A stretch of DNA of 64,000 nucleotides from Bigelowiella natans CCMP2755 (taxonomy: Eukaryota > Protista > Cercozoa), in NCBI GenBank assembly GCA_000320545.1, contig ADNK01000826.1, positions 22,441 to 86,440 of the forward strand, in the 5' to 3' direction. Position 1 is the stretch's first letter; each line of letters opens with the position of its first letter. A model generated the notes under the pieces. The model was not told the origin of the DNA and ran no database searches. It saw only the letters and a list, made by a program, of their open reading frames with translations. The translations under genes and the position numbers were made by a program. Shown here piece by piece: positions 1 to 13,207 of the stretch.

Positions 1-54
1 TGAAGTTCCGAAAGCGATGAAGGTCTAAGGGAATAAGGAAGGAAGGAAGGAGCA

Positions 55-255
55 ACGTGACTTGGGGGAGGTGTAGCGCGTACCACTACGCGGGCACAAG
101 TCACGTGCGACAACAAAGGGGTTGTCGCGGATATAGAATATAGATAACGTAGATATTAATACAGCATAGGCACGTGGGTTCCGGCGGGACTCATGGCAGC
201 ACACCGGAAGTGTGCTGCCCCACGTGCGGCGGCATTCGCGAAAGCTTCGCGAATG
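55..255. other. Cluster of six perfect stems in two similar modules (structured element, possibly the end of a young mobile element or an ncRNA)
   Basis: Inverted pairs 55-64/97-106, 77-82/87-92, 107-114/121-128, 170-177/220-227, 195-204/210-219, 233-242/246-255 read directly from the sequence; function unknown. Confidence 0.6.
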
Positions 256-390
256 ATTACGCAGTGCACGATTTAATAAAAATATAATCTTTAATAAAAA
301 TAAACACAACTCTTCAAAAGGAAGCAAACGTGCCTTTCCCCCCCCCTGCCTACTTGTGCACGTAGCGCCTCGGCCTGTGAACACCTTACG

Positions 391-823
391 CGCAACAACG
401 ATGAGCTTGCTAGCTTGTGGATGCCTGTGTCGATGAATGTCGTGCGCAGTTGTTCATTTCATGCACCATTGCATGTGCACCACACTAGCACATGCTAGCA
501 TGCCAGCATGGGACCATGCCAGCATGTGCAAGTGTGCTGGTTTAGCAGCTAGTGTGCATGGTGTGCATCGCATGGGACCATGTGTGCTAGTGCCGTGCAT
601 CACATGGGACTGCACGTGCATCACATGCTTGTCCCTTAGAACGCACAACTGAACTTTTGTGCGCAACTCGTCAAACTTTTCCCTGTGTTTAGCATAAGCT
701 CCTCATTGCCAATCAAGACATGTCAAGCAATGCGATGTGAGAAACGTGATGGCAGGCTGGCCTCCATTGACTCTCATGGCATGTGCAGTGCATGCACCGC
801 TGGACTGTGTTCACTGTTGTCAA
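391..823. repeat. TpA-depleted, CATG/TGCA/CTAG-rich degenerate tract with three CATGGGAC copies
   Basis: Hand count: 9 TA dinucleotides in 433 nt (5 CTAG, 3 TTAG, 1 ATAA); catgggac at about 507, 571 and 603. Confidence 0.6.
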
Positions 824-1066
824 TATGCATATGATGCGCGGTCTTAGATTTTCAGCGAAACTAAACCGGTGCATTTAATGTCTGAATCGCACACCACGGT
901 TGTCCACAGTGAAATAGATACATGTGGTTCAATGAGTAGCTACATGCCACAGGTTGCCTCAACACATAATGTGAGCACTCAGACGCACTTTCTACGTCTT
1001 CAAGTCTTAAAATTGTTCCTTTGTAGACCAACAAAAGTATCTATTGATAAGATATAATGATTGCTA

Positions 1067-2872
1067 TTAACGACCACCGACGTCCCAGTTCGAGAGTGCA
1101 TATTGCATAATTTCCTCCTCGTCGGATGTATACTTGCAGGTGTTTCCCAATGCCAAGTCTTCAAAGGGTAATACTTCACATTCCCCGATGCACTTGCAAG
1201 CAATATTAGCGTCCCACATTGTGCCCCACATTCGATCAACTACATTGTCAGCTTCCGCTATCTATTGTTATACAAGCAGCACGTTAGACGATGACATTTC
1301 ACTCAAAGCTAAATTTTGAAAAGAGGTATGGGGCAATTCGTTCATTTTATATTAACACATATATAGCACAGGAAAATCTACTGACCTCCCTTTGCCAGCT
1401 TAAAAAGTATCTGAGGACAAAGCACATGTTAGTTTTGAAACGGTTTTTTGTAACAATGACATCATCGACAAAGTAGTTCAGGTACCTCATCTTCCTGCTC
1501 CGTATAATTTTTTCATACAAACTCCAACATGGCTTTCTATCAGAGACTGGGAAATCATTTTCTTTGACAGCGGCTGCTGGCTTTTTCTTGTCAATTGTAT
1601 TGTTCAACTCAATGTACGCATTCGGCGAATCATCGATAGTCAGGAAATCCCTGTAGGCGTTGATTAGAGGGTGAGTGACTGGGAAAGTGAGAGGGGGGGG
1701 GGGGGGGATGGAGAGGCATCAGGGTGTCGTGCACTGTATTCTATCCTGAGACTAGAATAAATAGACCCGTTATCTTTTCCTACCAGTTATCATTCTGAGC
1801 CACTTGCTCTTGTCGAATCGCAGGATACTTTCCCTTACCTGTCGGCATGATGGAATTATAGGTAAGTGTATCAATGCCAATGAGACGCTTCTTCTATCTA
1901 AGAGACGAGTGTGCGTCCTTCTTCCTTTGAAAAATTATAAAGTGATATATCAAGGGAAAAGCTGCAAGCTTCACCTAACTCATGTCTTGCTCCATACGGG
2001 AACCATGTTGGCGATCCAGTTGGTCCTATTAACATTGATGATAGGAGGGGGAAGAGGAGGAGGAATAGGAGAGGGAGAAGGGGGGAAGGAATGGATTAAG
2101 ACAACAAGTGGGATTATACAACTGCCCCCAGCAGTCTTTCAACATTCAAGGTTTTAGAAAAGATATTTGACACGCAGGTATTCCTCTAATTTGATTTTAC
2201 AAAAAACCTCTATTCGATACCATTGAACATTAATCTCAGCAGGGAAGCACCTGTATTCTTTTTGTCCTCGTCCGTAATGATTTTCTTCTCTTTCTTCGTT
2301 GGAGAACATGCCTGTGGCGTGATTGTGCATGGGTTTAAACGACAATAGTATGAAGCTTGTGCAGGGACAGAGACGGTTTGAACGATGGAGTATGTGGAAA
2401 AGGAGTAGCCGATATTAAGAATGCGATGATCTTTGTCCTAAGATACCTCTCTAAAAATGGGAAGATTCATGACAACTTGCGTGCACAGATAGCAGAGTTC
2501 CGGACATCTGACGTTAAGAAGGAGCGTTAAAAAAAACATAAGTGAAAAAAGTTTGTCGTTTTAATTTCGCTGTCGCTGCTGCCTTTGATGATTGAATAAT
2601 AGAACGTCACTAGAAACAGGATATCTTACTGCGCAAACTTCATTACCTCTGGGCGAATAGAGGACATCTCGCATCCTTTCTACACATAGGATGCTCGAAT
2701 GCGGATAGACAAGATAGCCTAATGTTTTGATGATGATATTGAAATCAAAGTTCAAGCAAAAAGAAGCCATTAAAATTGATCATCACGCTCTATTGTCAAC
2801 ATCGTTATCAAGGTTGAAATTGTTTGCCGCCTTTCGCCATCATCCATATTTAAATATGGAAAGGTGAGGGAA

Positions 2873-2923
<51 letters not shown>

Positions 2924-3004
2924 TGTATATAACCACAGCGACCTGGCATCTTCATCAGCAGGAGTCATGCTCCGATCCGATCTGGAAAGGTCGAGAATAT
3001 TAAC

Positions 3005-3048
<44 letters not shown>

Positions 3049-4256
3049 GAGATGATGAAGACGACGACGACGATGATGATGATGATAATAGTCTGCTTGG
3101 ATGTAATAGCGGTAATATAAAATGTCCGCATTGTGCCAACATCGTGATAATTGGCATATATAATAAAATCACTACCCGAAGTTTCCAGCAGGACTTGGAG
3201 CGGTATCGTCGATACTGCAGTAATCCAGTTCCATGCAAGCAGTCTAACCATGACAGTGAGGATGACAATTATGATAAAAAACGGCTTGTACGATAGATCA
3301 TATTTTCGCTATGATTCCAACTGAAGATATCTTATATCACATCTGGCACTATTTTTTGGTAATCGTGCTACTGCTACTGCCTCTATGTACTATTACTAAA
3401 TACCATAGGCGGTATTCCTCGATTCAGCCTATCCCATATCTACACAGAATATAATTCAACATAATTCGTTGCAATTCTCAGCCTAATAATATATACTATT
3501 TGCAGATTTCAAAGTATTATTTCGTTGTGAGGATGTGAATGTATGTATGTTGCTACCCTGTAGTAATGCTTGTGAATCAGGATCTTCTCCATATCGAAGC
3601 AATTATCCCTTAACCTCCCGAACACATGGTTACCTGTAGTATATACTTCAAGATGACGAGACAGATTTCTATATGGTAAATAAATATATTACATGTAAAA
3701 ATTGGACTTTCGCAGCCTCGAAAGCTAGGCCCCCTTTTGTCAGCTGCCATCAGCTGTTTTCAACACATTGCAATACCACTTCATATGCTGCTGAAAATTC
3801 CGTTAATTCATGATAATCGCAGGGTATTACCACATAATCATCATTTTTGGCATGATTGCCAATACATGAATATCGATCATGCCATGTTTGTGCGACGTCC
3901 TCACATATCTGGTAAATAAACGAAGCAACATTAGGAAGTCCCAAGTAGAGCCACGATTTTTTTGAATTGAAAAGTCATACCCGACAGCGCTCAGTGGGAG
4001 CAGAGGGATAGACAGGCTTGGGTGCGTCAGTGTTTTGGGTGTATTCACCATCAAGCTGGACAAATGAGTCCGGACTTAAGCTGACGACTGGCGGCGTTGT
4101 TGTGGAATTTCCCCGGAATGATTGCTGACGAGCTGTGTGGTTTTTCCTGGTCTTCATTTGCATAGCGCCAGCGTTCAGATTGAAAACCAATAACATTAAA
4201 ACTCCGGGAATCCTTTTAAGTTCGTTTTTGCTTTTTTTATGGCGAGTCTCAGACAT
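1067..4256 (-). CDS. Multi-exon secreted or membrane-anchored protein with two saposin-like (SapB) cysteine patterns
   Basis: Spliced translation gives an N-terminal hydrophobic stretch, then CRICEDV...FTCNHVFGRLRDNCFDMEKILIHKHYYRIWDRLNRGIPPMTACMELDYC, then CYLCTQVV...PCWSLYEKII...ACKCIGEC; GT-AG introns keep frame in the first domain; stop TAA at 1067-1069. Confidence 0.6.
2875..3042. repeat. Two intronic (TA)n microsatellites flanking a small exon
   Basis: (AT)n at about 2875-2918 and 3008-3042. Confidence 0.9.
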
Positions 4257-4751
4257 TTTACGTTCACCAAATCGATCCTAAGAGGGCAGTGAAGTGCACT
4301 CCTTCCCCCACTTCAACAAGTTCGATCTACTGAATTCAATCAAGGATCTATTAACGTGTGCGCTCGATTGGAGGCCCCTCACCCGGGAGAGGGGAGGAAA
4401 GGTTGAGGCAATGACAGCAAAATGAAGGTAGCAACGTTTGAATTTTTCGAAATTGCAACTCGAGTGATCTCGATCGCTTGTCGCAGGAACTACTGAATAA
4501 ATAAATAATAAATCGGCCTTGTGAACCATCATCATTTTTTTACTTGCGACAATCTCTTCCATGAGTACGTTCCGAACATTTCATGTGCGCAGAAATGGCA
4601 TTGGTTTTTCGATTTACTTTGTTCAATTATCTTGTCGCGCATGTGAGCGATTGTCCATCGCATATACGAGAACCCCCCCTGTCCACGCCGGAGAAATAAC
4701 ATTGGAGATCAGATTGAGGGGAGCGTATTTACAGGAAATTGACTCCGTACT

Positions 4752-6566
4752 ATGTCAGGAACGCAGGTTGATATTCCTTGTACTCAGCTGAACGGTGAGT
4801 CCTTTATGAATCATGTTGTGGATTGTCTTGTCTGAGTCGTTGCATTCGTTGCTCAACGTCAGCATGGCTTTGCAATCGTGGACTCCTCAAGAAGAAATGG
4901 CAAAGTGATTTACGTGAGATTCAATCAAAAATCAAGGAGAGTAGGAAGCTCCTCCCCGCTGAACTCCAAGAAAAAATTGAGCGAGACGGTAGCACAGTGA
5001 TTCGATGTTCGTTGACTCGTTTATCACAGAATACAATAATTTTTTATCCATCCAGCAATCGGCTATCCGGAGGTGATAAAGATTATCGACAGTCTAGAAC
5101 AAAAAGAAAAAGCTAGCGGTAAAAATGTGAAGACCATGTTCGGTGGTTATAGCTCAGATCTTCTCAGAGAATGGGACGGAATCCGTCAAGCATACATTAA
5201 AAACAACCTCTACCTTGGCGAATTCGGACGGATTCTTTCACAGCGACTAAAGTATGATATTCCTCGAATGCGTAAACTTGTTCAAGATTCTGGTCGTCAA
5301 ATCTCAGAATTAGAGCGCAAGATGTCAGACCGTGAGCAGCTTTCACGAGAATGGAGGGCAAAGTTTGTAGCTCGTTGCAAGGAATTAAAAATCAGTGGCG
5401 TTAATGTACGCCAGGAACTTAAAATGACGGTTCGTGAACTTCCTGCAGCACTGGAAAAGGTTTGTGAAGAAACACGTAGTGAAAAAATGAAGGCTGGGAT
5501 TGCACTATACTGCGACTTTGTGAAATTTCTGCGAGGATTCTCCGCAGATGAGAAAAAAAAAGCCGAAGTAGATGAAAAACATATCCCCACTCTTCATGGC
5601 CTAAAAGAAGTTCGTGAAGCTTTGCCGTACGACCTCGAAGCTGCTGAGAAACAATTAGCCTCGGCTTCTGATGAGAAGGAAGTTGAGAATGGCTGGGCAC
5701 TGGTAAATGCAAATGACGCAGGGCCTCCTGTTGGAGGAGAAGGCGGATCTTCTTCTACAGGTGGAAATGTTGGTTGGAACATGTTGAATGGAAACAACGA
5801 AGCAAAAACTGGTAGAGAGAAGGGGGGGGGAGATGCTAAGAATCAGGAGGCGGAAAACAGGGAAGACGGAATAAATTGGGACTTCGAAGTTGCGGAAGTA
5901 GGGACTGGGGAGAAGCAGTCAACAGACGACGATGCAGCTGGAAAAATCAGTAGTGAGTGGGGCATAACAGTTGAAGAGACAGATGTGACATCTGCACCCT
6001 CAAAAGGAATATCTCGAACGGGTAACAGCATCTTAATACCGAAACTTCCAAAACACATTCTCGAAAAGGAAGAGCTCCGGAACCAACTCATCAACGACTT
6101 GCTGGAATTAAAGTGCTTTTATCGCCAGAGACTATCTGAACTAGAGGACGGGGACTCAGTGTGTGCTGGACAATACAGCAAACGTGATAGAGACCTAGCA
6201 TTGGCTAAAAGGTGCACAGACATATCTGTCAAAGGGTACCTCAAGATTATAGAATCAAGCCTCTCTGCGTTGAACAAGGATGATCTTCAAAGGATGCTAC
6301 TAATTAAAAGCGGAGAAAGGTACGTTACTCGCCTTGCAGACTCCATTACACAATTGGATAGGAATGCAAAGAAAATGCACGATTCCATAGGCCAGATACG
6401 TTCGCGTCAGCAATCGATTCGAAGATCGGTAACGCAAACAAATGCATCTTTGGGTAGAGAAATAAAACGTTGCAAAAAGATCCAAGTCGATTTGGAAGAT
6501 CGCCTGAAGGAAATGTTCCCCGAAGTTCTTGGTTTCAAAATAGTCGGTGAGATAGACAAGTTGTAG
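4752..6566 (+). CDS. CDK5RAP3: CDK5 regulatory subunit-associated protein 3 (C53; UFMylation adaptor / ER-phagy receptor); exons about 4752-4794, 4863-4988, 5056-6566
   Basis: MSGTQVDIPCTQLNAWLCNRGLLKKKWQ...KTMFGGYSS..REWDGI...YIKNNLYLGE.....KYDIP and C-terminal RNQLINDLLELKCF...IVGEI match the DUF773/C53 family as I know it; phase-consistent GT-AG introns. Confidence 0.9.
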
Positions 6567-7566
6567 CTGTTGCTCTTTGGTGACATTTCTCTACGACAAA
6601 GACTAGCCCATCAAGCGTAAGAGGCTTGAGGCTTGTGGAAATCCGTCTTATCGCGTCTTCGCAATGAAATAGTAAAATCAATTTTGCTATAATGCAAAGT
6701 GCAACATTTGAGCTCAAAGCATCGGGTCAATAGTCTATTCGCTACTTGCTTGGCCGTGAAATGCACACATGTATCGAAACGTGAAGAACATCTCAAGGAA
6801 CATCTCTCTCATGTATATATAGACACTCTATTCTCTTAAGAGAGTTCAGCTCTAAATTTGTGTGTGTGTGTGTGTGTGTGTGTGCAGCTGCGAACGTCAT
6901 TCGATTCTTGAACCGCTTACAACTAGGCACAAATTGTTACCATGCTATGATACGTACGTCTGCATGGATTTCGGTTGAGCCAAATAAGCATTACAATGCT
7001 AGCGCGTTCTCACGTAGCACAAGTACGTCTAGACATATTCAATGGCTACATAGACATGCTCTGTCCAGCCATGCAGCATCTGGTAACAACTAGACAACGT
7101 ACACATGACTAGATGGGTCATGGGAAACGTAGATCGATACTGTGCAAATGATAAGATGTGTGCATCCTTCTGTATATATGGACAAGTCGAAACTATACTA
7201 TGAAAAGGCAAACAATGCGACGAACAAAAAAACAAGCGACCATTGTCAACCACTAGACTATAAGGCCTAGCCAGGCGCTTGGCTTGCAGAGCACGGTAAT
7301 TGTTCAACTTTACTGCTCCTATCTAGCAATGACGACTAGCCGCATGCATCATATAGTTCTCTATATCTCTATATAATCGATCTGCCATCCCATGCAACAA
7401 TAGTGGTCATGAGGTGCAGTGTGGTCCTACAACACCCCTCGATCGAAGGTAGTAAACGGCTAGTACGACATGAAAAGGCTAGCTACATTAATACAGGGTT
7501 TCTTATCATAGCGGAACTGTGGCATAAACTAAATTTTGATTTGATGGCGCGCTTGCTCGTTTGTAA

Positions 7567-8551
7567 TTAGTAGAATCCCCTCGGAGAGAGCTCCGTGTCC
7601 TTCTTAAGCCCTGTGAAAGCTTCCTCCCATGTGGGACCGCTAGTTTCATATCCAGAAGGCAAAGAGTACCAAGGCAGCAAAGGACGCGGCCCCATTTCCA
7701 TCTTTGAATCAACCGAGTACATTTCAAACGTGGCACCGCTTGCAAATTTTTCTGGTGCAACAACTGCTGCAGCCACTGCAGCTGCAACATCAGCACGTGG
7801 AACTGAGCCTACTACTGTATCTCCCTGGTTTAACTCGGTCTTTTGTGCACCGAGTGCAGGCATATCACGGAGGCCTCCGGGGCGGATGATTGTATAGTCG
7901 ACTCTGAAAAGTTGCACGGAGAAATTAAAATCAAGAAGGTCGTGATGACCTATATTTTCATTAATATCTCAGTGTGCTCAGAGTACCCTGATCCTGAGAG
8001 AATGCGTCGAAGACTTTCTTCTCCTTTCTTCTTTTCAAACAAAACTCCTTTTCCTATGACGTTGAGAAGAAGTCCGACAGGTGCATATGGTCTAGTCACT
8101 GCACCTGATGTCACTGTATTTACCCAGAATTTAACTATCAGAGAGGTAGAAAAGGAAAGAAAGTCGCGGTTAAAGTTTTGATAAATAGGGAAAAACCTGC
8201 AACTACACGCTCTAGATTGACTTCCTTAGCAATCTCTGCGGTGTTTTCAAGGCCCTGATATTTTTATTCACTTTATGAGTTCCTTGTGCACAACGTTATC
8301 TTCATTATTTTCTTGTCAGCTATTTCGAAACCTTAAAATCTACTTCAGATGGTTTGCTTCCAGCAGCTTTGCTGTATGCAGCAGCAAAGACAGCAGCTCG
8401 ACACCCGTTCAGCTCCCTTCGAAGGGTGTCCATCGAGGTTACATCTCCTTTTGCTGGAGTCACAAGAGGTGAGTCGATGCCGTTGAAATCTCCATTTCTA
8501 GTCAAAGTAAAGTACAAGGAGACAATATTTACTACGAGTTTTACCCATTTA

Positions 8552-8643
<92 letters not shown>

Positions 8644-9047
8644 CAATCTAAGATGCGACCGTGTGAGAGCTTTCACCGGAACTCCAAGTTTTACAAGTTC
8701 CTCAACGCAAAGCCTCCCTGTGCGCCCATTGGCCCCTGTGGCAGTGGAATGAAAAGTATGGGTCATACTAAGCATATCAAATAAATTAAATGAGGGAATC
8801 CCCCTCCCCCTGATGAGTTGTTGTTACCAAGAACGGCAACTGGACGCGAAGACACAACAGAGGAAACAGCCGCCGGGCATGAAACCCTTCTTTGCTGTGT
8901 CCTTGTTTGGCCATTTCTTCCCATCATCGCCATCAAAGGCTGACTCCATAAATTGTAACGAATAACCGATGCACAAAGGACCATGCTCGCAAGAGCTAAG
9001 ATCCTGAGCCTCACACTCGTAGAGCTCGTGCGGTCCAGGAGCCTCAT
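7567..9047 (-). CDS. Plastid-targeted NAD(P)-binding Rossmann-fold protein (atypical SDR, Tic62/NmrA-like)
   Basis: VAVL|GANGRTG nucleotide-binding motif, KGDVT, DYTIIRPGGL, GSVPRADVA; leader of hydrophobic RILALASMVLCASVI followed by an R/S-rich transit-like segment; several GT-AG introns. Confidence 0.85.
8552..8640. repeat. Intronic (TG)n microsatellite
   Basis: Direct observation. Confidence 0.9.
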
Positions 9048-9667
9048 TTGTAGGGTCGTCGACGTAGATTCCCAATACTGTAGGAAACAATCTCTATTTG
9101 TTGAATACGACAACTAAACTTGCGAATAAGAGGAAAGAAAAGGCGGATACGCTTATGGAGCGGAGATATTACCTAGTAATGCAGGCGATTTGGCCCCAGA
9201 TGCACGAGGAAATGCATATAATCGGGAATTTATCGATAGAACTGCATCATTTCTCTTGTCGTCACATATAAATCACAAATATTCAACTTTCCAGATCTGT
9301 GCTCAGGTGCCCGGCGGGGGGGTGGAGGGGATTGGAGAGAATGGAGAGATGACAACGCAATAATAACGTAGATACAGAGGGGGTGATCCTATATTTGATG
9401 TTTTGGAGTCTGGCAACGCATAATCTAGCTTGATCTTTGCGATTTTGTGGTGCTGTTTAGATTTGAGGGTTAACTCTTGTATCACTGCCTAACGCCGTTT
9501 TTAGGGAATGGGGAATCCTGATGTCCACATAACCCTCTGATGTTCATTATGTCTCTGTAAAATCCTCAGCGCCGCTTGAAGGTAATAAGCATATTCCCGC
9601 TCTGAGGCTTCGCCTCAACTACACATTCGGGGGGGGGCTTCATCAAACGGAAGGCTGAAAGAATCTG

Positions 9668-11290
9668 ATGAAGCGATGTAGGAGATTATTCAAGGGCCTC
9701 AGCCATAGGGTTGGGAAGTCAGAGAACGTGCGTCATCACTGCTTCAGAACATTTTCCACTCGAACCGAGCAGTTTCTCTCGCAGATTCCAGCTACTGAGA
9801 TTGCCTCGTCTGTTGATGATACTGTTGTCAAAAAAGGGAAGAATGGCAATAAAGTAGGGCGTATGGTACGCCTGGATGTAAAGATAGATAATTCGTCGCA
9901 GCGTAATGAAATCGAGGCGAAATTGGAAGAGTTTCAAGCATTTGTAAAGAAAGCGGCGTGCGGCGGGTTAAAAGGAGAGAGTAGTAGTGAAGGAGGAATT
10001 TCCTCTTCTCAAAATCAGCAGCCTCTACTGGTACAGGCTGCTCAAATCCGTGAACTCCTGCTCCTCCTGAATCAACGAGAGATGGGAATTGAACGCCTGA
10101 AAAATGGTCATTCAATGGGAGTAGCACAAAGTCGACATAATAAAATATGGAATTGCTATCTCTCTGCCTGTGCACATCAAGGAGACCCGGTTGCTGCAGT
10201 AGCCGGCTTTGAGAGGATGCTGATGTCAACAACAGCGATGACAGCTTCGACAGAAACGAATGATATAGATCCTAGGAATCATCATGATCATCATCATAAA
10301 GGACTCATCAATCCGGCCAGCAGTGAAGCCTATATCCACGTGATGGAGGCTTTTGCGTCTGTTGGAGACAAACAAGGCGCTGAGGACTGGTTTCGGAAAC
10401 GACTGTCCGCTAATTATAGAGCAAGCGACCCCCGCGCCTGCAACGCTATTCTGCATGCTTACCTAAGAAGCAAAGATATCGAGAAAACGCACCGTTGGAT
10501 GAGGCGTATGGAGCAGATGCGAGTTTCCCCCGATCTCACCTCGTACAACCTTCTGCTGTATCGTTGTTCCATCACCGGCGCTGTGGACCATGCCGAACGA
10601 TTGCTCGCGAAGGCAAAACAGGAAGGCCTTCAGCCCGAGTATGAAACGTACCGAAACCTAGTCGGCGCGTTCATAAAGGCGGGAGGGGAGGCGAACGTGG
10701 GGAAAGCTGAGCGCATGCTCGAAGAGATGGCGCAAACGGGGTTTTCCGATGCTATAGACGAGGATATTGTGATACGAAGGAAGATAATCGAGGCGTATGC
10801 GCATTGCAAACGCCTAGATGATGCCGAGAAGGCGCTCCAGACCTTGCTAGAGAGAGGTGACAAGCCCACAAGAAAACTGTACAGTGCTATCGTTTTTCAA
10901 GCAGCCAAGAGTAGGGATGTCGATCGAGTGAAGAGGCTTCTCACCCACCCGTCATGTAGTCTTGGAGTTGGACCCGATCACCTCGTCACGGAGCACGTTT
11001 ACTGCGTTGTTATGGCCATGTACGCGCAGATGGGGGCGTTTGACGATGCAGAGGAGGTGCTGCAAAGCATGGACGAAATCGGCGTCACCACCGAGAAGGG
11101 TCTTAAGGCGATCGTGGAGGTGTGCGCTATATGCGAGAGGTGGAAAGAGGCCACTGCGTACATGGAAGAGATGAAGGCAAGGGATAAGGTCTACCCATGC
11201 AGTAACACGTACAGGCACGTGCTTCTAGGTAACTTCGCCAAACTACACCAAGAGAGTAAGGAAGATACAGATTTGAAATTGAATTAAGAT

Positions 11291-11335
<45 letters not shown>

Positions 11336-11495
11336 GGGGGGGGATTCCTTGTTGTAACATAACGCATTGCTTGCTGCCCTTTTCATTCGTTAGCATGCGC
11401 AAAAAGAGGCGCATATGAGGCTGCAGAGCAGATCTTCCATGATATGAAAGAAAGCGGCATTCCATACGAGAAGATCCATTTTAGGTAGCAGTAGC

Positions 11496-11528
<33 letters not shown>

Positions 11529-11906
11529 TTGGTTGTTGTTGCTGTGACAATGCGGTAGAAGTGGTAGTGATGTCCAATTGCGGGAAATAATCATCAGCAT
11601 TTCAAAATCAGCACAATTCTTTTCCGCAGAAGCAACATCACAAACTCCCTGCGTATTCTTATAATCACGAGAGTAATGTGGTCAAATCTCTCTTTTTCTA
11701 CTTTAGTCTGGTGCGGCAGGCCTGTTTAGTAGCAGGCCTAGGAGAGGTGGAGAGCAGTAAGTGGACGCGATTGATCGAGCAACACGAAGCCGAGCTCGCC
11801 GCACACACTGATCTTCAGCACTCATCGATACTTCTAGGTAAGATTTGAACGCCACAACACAAGCAAAAGGGGGAGGGGGGAACACTACGTTATATTGCCC
11901 TATATA

Positions 11907-11938
<32 letters not shown>

Positions 11939-12933
11939 ATAGTCGTGGTAGTAGTATGCATAATGTGTCGTCTCGGCTTAGAATCGTACAGCGGAGAGGA
12001 TGCTGCAGGTGGTGCTGCTACTATCGATAAAGGAGACGCAGTACTGCAGCAGCAGGTCCAACAGCAGCGGCAAAACGACAGCAGCGACGAGGGCACTAGG
12101 AGACTAAACACAAAACTAGGGATGTACGCCCTCAAAGGTGATGACTGACCAACACTTGTTTGGTTGCATGCGCTCTGAGTAAAAGAAAGAGAGTCACGCT
12201 TCTTGGGAGCGAGGCACACAGGACTGCGCGATGATCGTTATCCTTTGGCGACGTCATCAAATGTACTTAGCACCTATTATGTTTACTAATGCAGGCGATT
12301 GGAAAAGCGTGGATAGCATCCTTAGCATCATGCGGTGAGTGAGTTGCAAGATCTAGAGATGGGATGTGTGAGAAGTGGTCCATCGACGGGGGGGCGGTCT
12401 ATATATACAGCCTAACTGCAGAAGAGAAAAGGGGGAGGAGAGGGATTTTGTGTCATGTTATTTCCCCCCACAACTTATATCCTCCGCTAACCCTATGCTT
12501 ATTCGTTGATGATTTGTCAGAGCCGAGAAGCGAATGCCTGAGGTGCACGCTTTGGCATGCCTAGTGAGGGGAAGCCGGACTATAGCGCGCGCGGTAGTAA
12601 CCGACCTAATGAATGATGCCTCTTTTCCGTCGAGTTATTCGTAGTCAGCTGGTCCTCCATTGGCACTACCGCCTACCCTTACCGTGATCATTGCACTTCG
12701 ATGATATTGATGATGATTGTTTTCTTTAATTGCAAACAATCATAACGATATATTATGGTTGTAGGAGCACTACCTCAACTGGATAATCGCGTCAAAAATA
12801 AAACCGACGAAGGAGATGTGGGCTGCTATCTTGAAAACCTGTAACGAAAAGAACGACAGCAAGCGAGCAGTGTTCTGGTTGAAGCGTATGGGGAGCATCC
12901 TTAGAAGAGGTTCAATACTGAAGTAGTTATAAC

Positions 12934-12964
<31 letters not shown>

Positions 12965-13131
12965 CTAGGTGTTGTTGTTGTGACTGTTGTGGGTCGTGTA
13001 GCAGGTATTTCAGCGATTAAAAATCGCCGCAGCAATGACATCCTGATCATCTATTTCGCTTTTTGCCGTCTACACCTACATAACTGCAAGTTACACCCGC
13101 GCGCGGATGCGCGCGCGCTCGCACACGTTTA

Positions 13132-13207
<76 letters not shown>

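Noticed and set aside
55-255. Hammerhead or HDV-like ribozyme assignment for the hairpin cluster
   Set aside because: No intact CUGANGA...GAAA core on either strand, and stem lengths do not fit HDV P3/L3; kept only as an unassigned structured element
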